From: Eledone cirrhosa | Taxonomy: Eukaryota | Length of the DNA: 64,000 bases | Reading direction: 5' to 3' | Assembly (NCBI GenBank): GCA_964016885.1 | Contig: OZ024763.1 | Location: forward strand, 9,424,001 to 9,488,000 | Shown here: positions 39,316-51,823 of the stretch, piece after piece | How positions within the stretch are numbered: the stretch's first letter is position 1 | Layout of the letters: every line of letters starts with the position of its first letter | Program-made: the position numbers and the translations under genes | The notes under the pieces: model-generated | Seen by the model: only the letters and a program-made list of their open reading frames with translations | The model's database searches: none | Told to the model about the DNA's origin: nothing

Positions 39316-39780
39316 GTTGTAGTTCCTGTCTGTCTGTCTGTTTGTTCACCAACTCCTCCTATGGTTTTGGAGATAGACCCCTATAACCATATATATTCTG
39401 AAACTACATTGCCCAGGGTACTTGGATAAGTATATTCCATTTTAATCAAAGGGTTCTCCGGGGGGAACAAACCCCCACTGAAAATGTTTTCTCTTCGATT
39501 TATATGAAATTTAAACCATAGGTAAATGACAACATAAGATGCCTATTCACAAAAGTTTTGAATTGATATTTTGAAAAATATTATTTACAAGAAACAAAAT
39601 AAGAATAAGATTTAATATATTACAAAAATAATGTTTTCCAATTTTTCTTGCATTACATTTTACATTGAGTAATATTGAAATGCAGAGTTTTTCTCCATAA
39701 ATTATATCACTGATTTAAAATCAATCATTTTCTTACAAAAAAGTGTGTGAAACGCAGCAAGGCGCAGGTAATTCGGCTAG
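39300..39780 (+). mobile_element. Non-autonomous Helitron
   Basis: 5' (TA)n and (tgtc)n; 3' gcagcaaggcgcaggtaattcggCTAG|T. Confidence 0.6.
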
Positions 39781-39794
39781 TATATATATATATA

Positions 39795-40800
39795 CATCAT
39801 CATCATAATTGTTTAACATCTATCTTCCACGCTAGCATGGGTTAGACGGAAATTGTCCCACTTAAGGCAAGATTGATCAGGTGACCGTGTCTCGTTCGTA
39901 TAGGACTATCTGGCAGGTTTTCTATGGCTGGGTGCCCTCTTAACACCAAACACATTTACAGTGTAGACTGGGAGCCTTTTTACCGTGTTTCCTACACGAC
40001 CACTTTACAGCGTGGACTGTGTTTTTTTTTTGTCGTGTCACCTACACAACCTCTTTAGTTTGGACTGGATGTTGTGGTACCAACATAACTTTACAGAGAA
40101 AGGGTGGTGTTGGTGAAAGTGGGAGGATGGAGTAGGGGTGTATATTTGGTTAGGAGGGGCCTACTGACTGTAGGTTAACTTTGTACGTAGGGAAGGCAGG
40201 TCTTCTGTATTACTGCATAGCGCCAAAGATCTTGATCCAGTGACATTGTCTTGGAGAGCTGTAAGTGTGCAAGGTTGGATTTTATTATGTCGTCCCAGGT
40301 TTTACTGAGTCTCCCTACTCCGTAACTTCCATCAATTTTGATCGCCCTGCACTTTTTTATACAACTGTCGCCTTTCATGCGCATCCCGTGGCCATACCAA
40401 CGTAGTCTTCGCTCAAGTAAATAGAATCTGATCCCTCTTATTCCTAATTTCTCACTTAGTTCATTTATGCTTTGCCGTTCATGTATATTACCATTACACA
40501 TCCAACGGAGTATGCATGCTTCGTTCCTTTCCAGTCTGCGCTAGTCCTCTGCACACAATGCCCATGTCTCACTGCCATGTAACATTGCTGTTCGTATACA
40601 GGCATCATACAATCTGCCTTTCATTTTTAGAGAGAAACCTTTAGCGGCCAACAGCGGTATAAGCTCTCTGAATTTTTTTCATCCCGTTCTAACTTTGGCT
40701 ACTGTACTTTCAGAGCACCCTCCACCACCGCTGATATTGTCACCCATGACAGAAGAAGGAGCTAGTATCCTGTGGGCACTTGCTACTTACAACGGTCAGG
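39795..40800 (-). mobile_element. 5'-truncated RTE LINE
   Basis: Same subfamily as 36660-37698 in the opposite orientation. Confidence 0.9.
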
Positions 40801-40843
40801 TCAATCTCGTTATAATGGTATTTCACTTTTTGATACCACCTAG

Positions 40844-40865
<22 letters not shown>

Positions 40866-40876
<11 letters not shown>

Positions 40877-42030
40877 CAAAATGTTAACAAATGAAAAATA
40901 TTTGCATAATCAAAATATATACTTTATTGTACACTAGCAGTAAAGCCCGGCGTTGCTCGGGGTCGCTCAGTAGCTGTGTTAAAGTTACAATGTTAAGTTT
41001 CTTTCTTGGCTTAAAAACTGTAGTGTCTACTGTGCAGACTTGCATGTGGTGTTTTTGATTAATATTCCCTCAACCAACAATATGCCTTATGAAGTTAAGA
41101 AAACATAACGATAACCCGAATGTTATAGCAAAAGAGGATGCTGGGGATAGAAACTGCACTGGTTATTTATTAACAAAGATCGAAAATGTAAACACTGCAA
41201 CGCAGAGAAAAACATTAGCGAAACCAAATTATCAGTTATGTCTGTCTGCACGCCTATATCACCTCTCTGCACGACTGTCTGTCTGCACGCCTATATCACC
41301 TCTCTGCACGACTGTCTGTCTGCACGCCTATATCACCTCTCTGCACGACTGTCTGTCTGCACACGTATATCACCTCTCTGCACGACTGTCTGTCTGCACG
41401 CCTAACGACGAAATATTTGCTTGTTTTACGTAGTCTTTAAATAGACTTGTTTTCAAGTAAAAATATTGTTTTAAAATGCTTTTAAATGGAAATGAAGCAA
41501 AACGGAAGCTTAGTGTTCGAACTGATGAATTTTGCTGGCTCGACAACTGTTAAAGCCAGCGTAATTTTTTACGTAAGACGCTCAATGTAAACAGAACAAA
41601 GGGAAATAACTGATAACTTACGCTCAAAAATCGATACATTATATTCGATTTCGTCACATAGGGTGGGTCAATTTGAAATTTTTTTTTTCCCGATGTCTTC
41701 GCTAGGGCTCAATGTACAAGTATAGCAATTTCGGTGCAATTCCGTGAGAGATTCTAAGAGGAGATGTGTGCCAAAAATCGATAGACAGACAGACAACCAC
41801 AGTTTTATATATATAGATATTTCAAAGGTACTATGTTGTTTCAGTATGTTTTCATCAGACAAAATATATGATTTGATATATGGCATACCACTACGGTCTT
41901 GATATCAAATCATATATTTTGTCTGATGAAAACATACTGAAACAACACAGTACTTTTGAAATATGTATAATAAAGTATATATTTTGATTATGCGAATATT
42001 TTTCATTTGTTAACATTTTGAATAATATAT
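40866..42030. mobile_element. Palindromic element with a Helitron inserted in its left arm
   Basis: Left arm (40866-40933 plus 41818-41880) is the reverse complement of the right arm (41900-42030). Confidence 0.75.
40934..41817 (-). mobile_element. Non-autonomous Helitron with internal 37-bp tandem repeat (41240-41402)
   Basis: 5' TCtatatatataaaa; 3' ccgagcaacgccggg hairpin and CTAG; inserted at A|T. Confidence 0.85.
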
Positions 42031-43259
42031 ATATATATAGACACAACTGAATACCTTGTGACATATATATACACACATTCATACACCTACTATATAATTA
42101 ATAGTGTTTTACTAATATAAGTAGTCAATGGATAGATTACCAGAATCCCCCTCCCCCAAATGTCACAAGGTATATTCAGTTGTGTCTCTTTATATTTCAA
42201 ATAATCTTGCTGTGATCAATAAACAAATGCCAATCAAACTATATAACCAATTTAATCATCTATACATCCTCCCCACTCCCCCCACAAAATCTATGGCCTC
42301 TTGCCAAAGTTAGATATCATTCATGTTTTCTGGCACAAAGCCAGAAATCTGGGAGTGACAAGGAATAGCAAGTTATATCAACTGTTTGGTGAAATGATAA
42401 AACACTCTATAAAGAGGTTGGTGATAGGAAATGCTTCCAGCCATAAAAAACGTGCCAAAAAATAAGGTTGAGAGGATTCTTCAGTTGTGTCAAAGACATG
42501 GTATCTTCCCTAGTGCTGGTGCCATGATAAACAATACACAGTGTACTCTTTAGATTGTGAGGACATGTAAGCAAGATGCAGCCTCTGGTCCTCAAGGTCA
42601 TTAAATATTGACCTGTCCAGGGAAAGCAAATATTAAATGATGATGATGATGACAATGATATACATATATCCACTCAATATAGAAACAGAAATTAACAGAA
42701 AGAAAGCAATGGTAAAAATGAGAGAAAAGAAAGCAATATTGATGAAAGAAAAGAAAGCAATGGTGATGAGAGAAAAGAAAGTATTAGTATGAAAGAGTTG
42801 GAGTGAAAATACAAAGCTACTGCAACAGCAACAAAAACAACAACAACAAACACAGCACTGAAACTCAGAATGCAGAAAACAGGGATATAGTGGAAAGTAG
42901 GGGTCAAGGTGGGCCCCTAAATCTTTTCTCCCCCATGTGGTGATATTTTGTAGGTATCTACTGGGCTGTATTAATTCATATCTGGGAGCCCTAGGCTTTC
43001 AGGTATATTGTGTGGCCCCTTCAGCCTTTCATTCTGCTTCCGAAAAAAACAAATTAATGGGTCTCCAGAGAGGCACTTAGTCTTCAGCTTAGTCAACTTC
43101 ATGAATAATATGGCCCTAGGGAATCTATCAATTTCTCCACCACCCTTAACTTTCCAAACCAGAACCAGTAAACTTCCTTGCAGATTAAATATTGTAATCA
43201 TTAAATGCACACAATTTTTTTCCACACTATCATGAATAAATTTATATACATATATGTGA

Positions 43260-43317
<58 letters not shown>

Positions 43318-43437
43318 TTCGTTAAAAATGTCTCATCTTGATGTTTTATAGTCACTTATATGTCTAATTATTGTAGGTTTTTTGCTTACATTAATTTCTC
43401 TACTTACATTTATATATATATATATATATATATAGAT

Positions 43438-43547
43438 GAGATTCTACAGGACTAGAACTGTTTCATTCTTTAGAAATCATCAGGAATTTCTAAAGAGATT
43501 CCTGATGATTTCTAAAGAATGAAACAGTTCTAGTCCTGTAGAATCTC
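43438..43547. ncRNA. Palindromic double hammerhead (one core on each strand)
   Basis: Plus 43495-43547: gagattc-CTGATGA-tttctaaagaat-GAAA-cagttctagtcctg-TA-gaatctc. A near-identical copy is on the minus strand at 43438-43490. Confidence 0.7.
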
Positions 43548-43970
43548 ATCTATATTAAAACTTTTATACTCTGCTATGTATTGAGTACCTTACTTACTGT
43601 GGTTACCTCCGATTCAACTCGGAATAACTTACCTATATATATATTAAAATAACAGATTAAAGTTTAAGCAAAGAATCGCTGCTTATATATATATATTTCA
43701 TCATCATCATTTAGTGTCAATTTTTCCATGCTTGCATGGGTCAGATGAGTCGTCGTCCACACCGAGAGACAAGTTTGGCCAGGATTGGCCATGCCGTAAC
43801 TTGCTCTGATGGGACTGAAAATTTGGCTGGAGTTTTTACAACACAAACCACCTTTTTGTGTGTGTGTATAACATTCGCTCAAATGACAACAGGGCATTCA
43901 ATTACCTCTGAGTCAAAAACAAAAAACTCTTTTTATCATTAACTGTTTCTTACTAACTATTATGCAAAAT

Positions 43971-44028
43971 ACACCTGATGATGTCACTAGGTTCATACAT
44001 AACCTGTCAACTGAAATGTGCATAGTGT
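43971..44028 (+). ncRNA. Hammerhead-like motif
   Basis: acac-CTGATGA-(aggtt/aacct hairpin)-GAAA-tgtgca-TA-gtgt. Confidence 0.5.
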
Positions 44029-44223
44029 TTGCAGTAACAAAAATTTAAAGGAATACAACCTGTCCAGCCTCCTGTCATTTTACCCTATAATATATATATA
44101 ATGTCCTACCATGCTAACATGGAAGATGGACGTTAAACGATGATGAAGATGATTATATATATGCATATATATATATATAAATTAAAAGTGTCAAAGGCAC
44201 TGTGTGGTTACTAATAAATATTC

Positions 44224-44772
44224 TTTAGAAAACCTAAGAGAAACACAAACATAAGGACAATTCCTGCTCTTCGGCTGTTTGCTGTGGGTGATGTTTCTTC
44301 TACCATCTAACCCCCCCCTCTCTCTACTTCCTTCCCACTTCCCCCTTCCCCCTCTCACTTTCTTCATCTCTCCCACTTTGCGCCTGTTCTCGCTAAGATC
44401 AGACGTTTTTCTCTTCGCTCTCTCTGATGCTGTTAATAAGGATTCAGGGCTTACGCTCGGTTTCCTTTTTAACTTCTCCCTCTCTCCCATTGGTTACTGC
44501 AACTTACATGTACTACTGTCTCGTGTTTATCCCTCTCTATTGGTATGTTTTTCTTCTGTTTATTTTCTTTTTCTGTTGTGCTCTTCGCTATTGTCTCTGT
44601 TTTGTTGTTGTTGTTGTTGTTGTTTTCTTCCCTAATAACTATCCCTCTTAGTTATTAACACACTGTGGTGAGATGTACTGTTTTTTAATGCGTTGAAACA
44701 TCAGCGACCCACAGCAGACAGCCGAAGAGCGGGAATTGTCCTCATGTTTGTGTTTCTCTTACGTTTTCTAAA
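44224..44772. mobile_element. Element with ~70-bp terminal inverted arms
   Basis: tttagaaaacctaagagaaacacaaacat... pairs with ...atgtttgtgtttctcttacgttttctaaa; (TA)n flanks. Confidence 0.6.
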
Positions 44773-45267
44773 CAATATATATGTATATATATGTGTGTGT
44801 GTTTGTTTTAATAAGTAGAAACTGAATAAGTATTTCAAATTTTAAATATGAAATTTTACATTTCAATTTTATGGGGAGGGGCAAAGAAAAACCAGTTACA
44901 GAATACCCCAGAAAATTTTGCAGGTGTGCAAAGTAAGCTGAACAAAAGGACATCTAGATACGTTTCAAGTTTATGAAAATCTAGAAGTTTTAGATATAAA
45001 ACTTTAGATAGGAAAATTTTAGATCTGAAATATTATTTATGAAATTTTAAATATAAAATTTTAGTTATAAAATTCTATATCTAAAATTTTAGATATAAAA
45101 TGTTAAATATGAAAAAAATATGAAAAACCAGTTAGAAAATGCTCCAGAAATTTAAGCAGATGTGCAAAATAAGCTTAACCAGACAACATCTAGATATGAA
45201 GCTTTAAGATGCTTCAGTTGTATTTATATATTTATTATTGGCTTTTTTTTTTTGTCCAGCTTCTTAC

Positions 45268-45339
45268 CAACTTCTCCTTTTTAAGGAACTGAAGATGACT
45301 ATGTTCAAGGTCTTCACATTTTTGCTTGTATTGTTTCAC
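45268..45339 (-). CDS. CROCC: Rootletin exon (duplicate B, candidate alternative exon)
   Basis: atacag|GTG...TTG|gtaaga, 72 nt, phase 0-0. VKQYKQKCEDLEHSHLQFLKKEKL is similar to the neighbouring exon. Confidence 0.7.
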
Positions 45340-45409
45340 CTGTATTGGGAAATACAAACGGTATGAATGGATTATAGAAAATAACAGTAGGATATTTTTT
45401 TCTTTTTAC

Positions 45410-45499
45410 CTTAAAGGGTGATGAACTGGATTTGAACTCACTACCACTGCCTCTGAGAGTGTCTTCAAGTTCTTGGCACTTCTTCTTGTACTGTAAGAG
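45410..45499 (-). CDS. CROCC: Rootletin exon (duplicate A)
   Basis: ctccag|CTC...AAG|gtaaaa, 90 nt, phase 0-0. LLQYKKKCQELEDTLRGSGSEFKSSSSPFK continues the rootletin LQYKKxC motif. Confidence 0.85.
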
Positions 45500-46448
45500 C
45501 TGGAGGAAAATTTGTTTGGGAAAAAAAACAACTTATATACATTCAATCATACTAAATAAGTTTCCTTTTCATACCAACCCACCAAAAATTGCCTGCTTCT
45601 ATCAAACAAAATTACATATTTTAAAAGGTACTGGTGCCAGTACTTTGTTTGTCGACTTCTAAAAGGCTAAGTTTACATCAGTGGGATTTGACCTGAGAAT
45701 GCATAGAGCCAGAACAGATCAGATATTGCAAAACTTCACATCTAAGTCTTTACCAATTCCATCCCTGCACTGGTAATGGTACTTTATCTTCTCTTGAAAA
45801 AATGAAAGGCATAGTAGACCTTGGTGAAATTTGAATTCAGAACAAACACTGAAGCATTTAATCCAATTCTCTAACATGTCTGCCAATTCCCCTAAAATAA
45901 AAAGATGATTCATTAACTTTTTGCTGGTAATTAAATCCTTAATACCCTTAAAAGATAAGATTTACTCCAAATCCCATTTAATTTATCTTATTTATTTTTA
46001 AATTTTATTTCCATTAGATAAAACAGTATAAGACAGGATATAGAAGAAAATGTGAGAATCACCCCCCCCCCTTTTTTTTTGGTTACCAACGTGCACCAAA
46101 CCATCTCTGGCTCTGAAATAAAACCACTCATTTTAAAGAGTGGGCTGGATGTACTTTATAGTACTACCAACACTAACACTATTTAGTGGGCTGGATGTAC
46201 TTTATAATACTACCAACACTAACACTATTTAGTGGGCTGGATGTACTTTATAGTACTACCAACACTAACACTATTTATATTAAAATCTTCCAACATAAGT
46301 TTATATAAGAACCATATGTTAAGTTACTATTTTAGTAACAAAACAATAATTTTAGTAAATCTTTTATACATATATAAAGAGAGAGAAGGAGAGATAAAGC
46401 GAGAACTAGACATAGATGTATTAAACTGGTAGAGATATTTTACATTAC

Positions 46449-46631
46449 CTTAGCCTGTAACTTCTGCACTAGCTGCGCTTGTCTCTGCTGTCCTTCTTGG
46501 TAAGCTTGTAGTTTGCGTTTATAATTTGCATGTTCATCCTCCAGCTTCTGTCGCATTTCAAGGTTCTGTTGCATCAGACGCCGAGCGGGCTCCACAGCCT
46601 CTGATGCCTCACCTTTCATCAATTGCTCCAG
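46449..46631 (-). CDS. CROCC: Rootletin/CROCC-like exon (first in window)
   Basis: AG/GT bounded, 183 nt, phase 0-0. Encodes LEQLMKGE...YKRKLQAYQEGQQRQAQLVQKLQAK, matching the rootletin N-terminal motif AYQEGQQRQAQLV. Confidence 0.9.
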
Positions 46632-46799
46632 CTAAATATAAACATTTCATTAATTACAACACCTGCGTATGTGTGTTATATATTCATACACACACATAAA
46701 ATACATTGTAATGCAAGTGTATGTGTGTTAATAAGTGTACAAGTATTTACTCTATATAGGTACACACAGCTACTCTATCATTCATGTTTAAATAACAGG

Positions 46800-49700
46800 A
46801 ACATGTGTATGGCTGTACTATATACCTGTGTATGGCTGTACTATATACCTGTGTATAGCTGTACTATATACCTGTGTATAGCTGTACTATATACATGTGT
46901 ATGGCTGTACTATATACATGTGTATAGCTGTACTATATACATGTGTATGGCTGTACTATATACATGTGTTGGCTGTACTATACATGTGTATGACTGTACT
47001 ATATACATGTGTTGGCTGTACTATACATGTGTATGGCTGTACTATATACATGTGTATGGCTGTACTATACATGTGTATGGCTGTACTATATACATGTGTA
47101 TGGCTGTACTATATACATGTGTATGGCTGTACTATATACCTGTGTATGGCTGTACTATATACATGTGTATGGCTGTACTATATACATGTGTATGGCTGTA
47201 CTATATACATGTGTATGACTGTGCTATATACATGTGTTGGCTGTACTATATACATGTGTTGGCTGTACTATACATGTGTATGGCTGTACTCTATACATGT
47301 GTATAGCTGTACTATATACATGTGTATGACTGTACTATACATGTGTATGGCTGTACTATATACATGTGTTGGCTGTACTATACATGTGTATGGCTGTACT
47401 ATATACATGTGTATGGCTGTACTATATACATGTGTATGGCTGTACTATATACATGTGTATGACTGTGCTATATACATGTGTATAGCTGTACTATATACAT
47501 GTGTATGGCTGTACTATATACCTGTGTATGGCTGTACTATATACATGTGTATGGCTGTACTATATACATGTGTATGGCTGTACTATATACATGTGTATGG
47601 CTGTACTATATACATGTGTTGGCTGTACTATACATGTGTATGGCTGTACTATATACATGTGTATGGCTGTACTATATACATGTGTATGACTGTGCTATAC
47701 ATGTGTATGGCTGTACTATACATGTGTATGGCTGTACTATATACATGTGTATGACTGTACTATATACATGTGTATGGCTGTACTATATACATGTGTATGA
47801 CTGTACTATACATGTGTATGACTACTATATACATGTGTATGGCTGTACTATATACATGTGTATGGCTGTACTATACATGTGTATGGCTGTACTATATACA
47901 TGTGTATGGCTGTACTATATACATGTGTATGGCTGTACTATATACATGTGTATGGCTGTACTATATACATGTGTATGACTGTACTATACATGTGTATGGC
48001 TGTACTATATACATGTGTATGACTGTACTATATACATGTGTATGGCTGTACTATATACATGTGTATGGCTGTACTATATACATGTGTATGGCTGTACTAT
48101 ATACATGTGTATGGATGTACTATATACATGTGTATGGCTGTACTATACATGTGTATGGCTGTACTATATACATGTGTATGGCTGTACTATATACATGTGT
48201 ATGGCTGTGCTATATACCTGTGTATGGCTGTACTATATACATGTGTATGGCTGTACTATATACATGTGTATGACTGTGCTATATACATGTGTATGACTGT
48301 ACTATACATGTGTATGACTGTGCTATACATGTGTATGACTGTGCTATACATGTGTATGGCTGTACTATATACATGTGTATGACTGTACTATATACATGTG
48401 TATGGCTGTACTATATACCTGTGTATGGCTGTACTATATACATGTGTATGGCTGTACTATATACATGTGTATGACTGTGCTATATACATGTGTATGACTG
48501 TACTATATACATGTGTATGACTGTACTATATACATGTGTATGACTGTGCTATATACATGTGTATGGCTGTACTATATACATGTGTATGGCTGTACTATAT
48601 ACATGTGTATGACTGTGCTATATACATGTGTATGGCTGTACTATATACATGTGTATGGCTGTACTATATACATGTGTATGACTGTACTATATACCTGTGT
48701 ATGGCTGTACTATACATGTGTATGGCTGTACTATATACATGTGTATGACTGTACTATACATGTGTATGACTGTGCTATATACATGTGTATGGCTGTGCTA
48801 TATACATGTTGGCTGTACTATATACATGTGTATGGCTGTACTATATACATGTGTTGGCTGTACTATACCTGTGTATGGCTGTACTATATACATGTGTATG
48901 ACTGTACTATATACATGTGTATGGCTGTACTATATACATGTGTATGGCTGTACTATATACATGTGTATGGCTGTGCTATATACATGTGTATGACTGTACT
49001 ATACATGTGTATGGCTGTACTATATACATGTGTATGACTGTACTATATACATGTGTATGACTGTACTATACATGTGTATGGCTGTACTATATACATGTGT
49101 ATGACTGTACTATACATGTGTATGACTGTACTATATACATGTGTATGGCTGTACTATACATGTGTATGGCTGTACTATATACATGTGTATGGCTGTACTA
49201 TATGCATGTGTATGGCTGTACTATATACATGTGTATGGCTGTACTACATACATGTGTATGGCTGTACTATACATGTGTATGGCTGTACTATATACATGTG
49301 TATGGCTGTACTACATACATGTGTATGGCTGTACTATATACATGTGTATGGCTGTACTATACATGTGTATGGCTGTACTATATACATATGTATGGCTGTA
49401 CTATATACATGTGTATGACTGTGCTATATACATGTGTATGGCTGTACTATATACATGTTTATGGCTGTACTATACATGTGTATGGCTGTACTATATACAT
49501 GTGTATGGCTGTACTATACATGTGTATGGCTGTACTATACATGTGTATGGCTGTACTATATACATGTGTATGGCTGTACTATATACATGTGTATGACTGT
49601 ACTATATACATGTGTATGGCTGTACTATATACATGTGTATGACTGTGCTATATACATGTGTATGACTGTACTATACATGTTTATGGCTGTACTATATACA

Positions 49701-50931
49701 TGTGTATGACTGTACTATACATGTGTATGGCTGTACTATATACATGTGTATGGCTGTACTATATACATGTGTATGACTGTACTATACATGTGTATGGCTG
49801 TACTATATACATGTGTATGGCTGTACTATATACATGTGTATGGCTGTACTATATACATGTGTATGACTGTACTATATACATGTGTATGACTGTGCTATAT
49901 ACATGTGTATGGCTGTACTATATACATGTGTATGACTGTACTATACATGTGTATGGCTGTACTATATACATGTGTATGGCTGTACTATATGCATGTGTAT
50001 GGCTGTACTATATACATGTGTATGGCTGTACTATATACATGGGTTGGCTGTACTATACATGTGTATGGCTGTACTATATACATGTGTATGGCTGTACTAT
50101 ATACATGTGTATGGCTGTACTATATACATGTGTATGACTGTGCTATATACATGTGTATGACTGTACTATACATGTGTATGGCTGTACTATATACATGTGT
50201 ATGACTGTACTATATACATGTGTATGACTGTACTATACATGTGTATGGCTGTACTATATACATGTGTATGACTGTGCTATATACATGTGTATGGCTGTAC
50301 TATATACATGTGTATGACTGCTATATACATGTGTATGACTGTACTATACATGTGTATGGCTGTACTATATACATGTGTATGACTGTACTATATACATGTG
50401 TATGACTGTACTATACATGTGTATGGCTGTACTATATACATGTGTATGACTGTACTATACATGTGTATGGCTGTACTATATACATGTGTATGACTGTACT
50501 ATATACATGTGTATGGCTGTACTATATACATGTGTATGACTGTACTATACATGTGTATGGCTGTACTATATACATGTGTATGACTGTGCTATATACATGT
50601 GTATGGCTGTACTATATACATGGGTTGGCTGTACTATACATGTGTATGGCTGTACTATATACATGTGTATGGCTGTACTATATACATGTGTATGGCTGTA
50701 CTATATACATGTGTATGACTGTGCTATATACATGTGTATGACTGTACTATACATGTGTATGGCTGTACTATATACATGTGTATGACTGTACTATATACAT
50801 GTGTATGACTGTACTATACATGTGTATGGCTGTACTATATACATGTGTATGACTGTGCTATATACATGTGTATGGCTGTACTATATACATGTGTATGACT
50901 GTGCTATATACATGTGTATGGCTGTACTATA
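46800..50931. repeat. Minisatellite, 23-bp unit with 21/22-bp variants, about 180 copies
   Basis: Unit acatgtgtatggctgtactatat repeated over about 4.1 kb. Confidence 0.98.
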
Positions 50932-51075
50932 CACACACACCACACCCCAATGAAAATAGTTGATATTATATTGAAGTGGGAGAGATAAATACAGAGAGCT
51001 AAACTGGCAGATAGATGAACAGTCTGATAGACACAAACACACACATCTGCTATATTGCAGCTACAACTTCGATTT

Positions 51076-51400
51076 ATCATCATTTTACATCCGCTTTTCC
51101 CTGCTTGCAAGGGTGGGACGGGAACTGATTCTGGCTGATTTCTACAGCTGGATGCCCTTCCTAACACCAACCTCATTTACAGTGAGTGCTGGGTGCTTTT
51201 TTGCAGTGGTACCTCCACGTCCACTTTACAGTGGAATGATAGGGACCCCAGTCCTATCATCTCATTTCTACAGCTGAGTAAACTGGAGCAATGTGAAATA
51301 AAGTGTCTTGCTCAAGGAAACAACACATCACCCGGTCTGAGAATTAAACTCACAACCTTTCGATTGCAAGGCCAATGCTCTAACCACTGAACCATGTGAC
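51076..51400 (-). mobile_element. tRNA-derived CORE-type SINE with RTE-derived tail
   Basis: A/B-box-like head, ccttgagcaagacactt...ctccagtttactcagctgtagaaatgag core, and a tail shared with the local RTE 3' UTR. Confidence 0.8.
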
Positions 51401-51418
51401 CCCTCCAATACTTATAAT

Positions 51419-51477
<59 letters not shown>

Positions 51478-51480
<3 letters not shown>

Positions 51481-51823
51481 GCACAGGGCTTAGTGGTTAG
51501 AGCATTGGCCTTGCAATCGAAAGGTTGTGAGTTTAATTCTCAGACCGGGTGATGTGTTGTTTCCTTGAGCAAGACACTTTATTTCACATTGCTCCAGTTT
51601 ACTCAGCTGTAGAAATGAGATGATAGGACTGGGGTCCCTATCATTCCACTGTAAAGTGGACGTGTAGGTGCCACGGCAAAAAAGCACCCAGCACTCACTG
51701 TAAATGAGGTTGGTGTTAGGAAGGGCATCCAGCTGTAGAAATCAAGCCAGAATCAGTTGCCGTCCCACCCTTGCAAGCAGGGAAAAGCGGACGTAAAATG
51801 AAATGATGATGAAATGATGATGA
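51478..51823 (+). mobile_element. Same SINE, inverted copy
   Basis: Reverse complement of 51076-51400 across a (TA)n spacer. Confidence 0.8.

Noticed and set aside
46623-50785. Dozens of Cys/Tyr-rich ORFs; superficially CRISPR-like periodicity
   Set aside because: These are translations of the 23-bp minisatellite. There are no unique spacers or cas genes, and the context is eukaryotic.
51478-51550. tRNA gene
   Set aside because: It is only a tRNA-like SINE head. It runs into CORE and RTE-tail sequence and recurs as part of the repeat.
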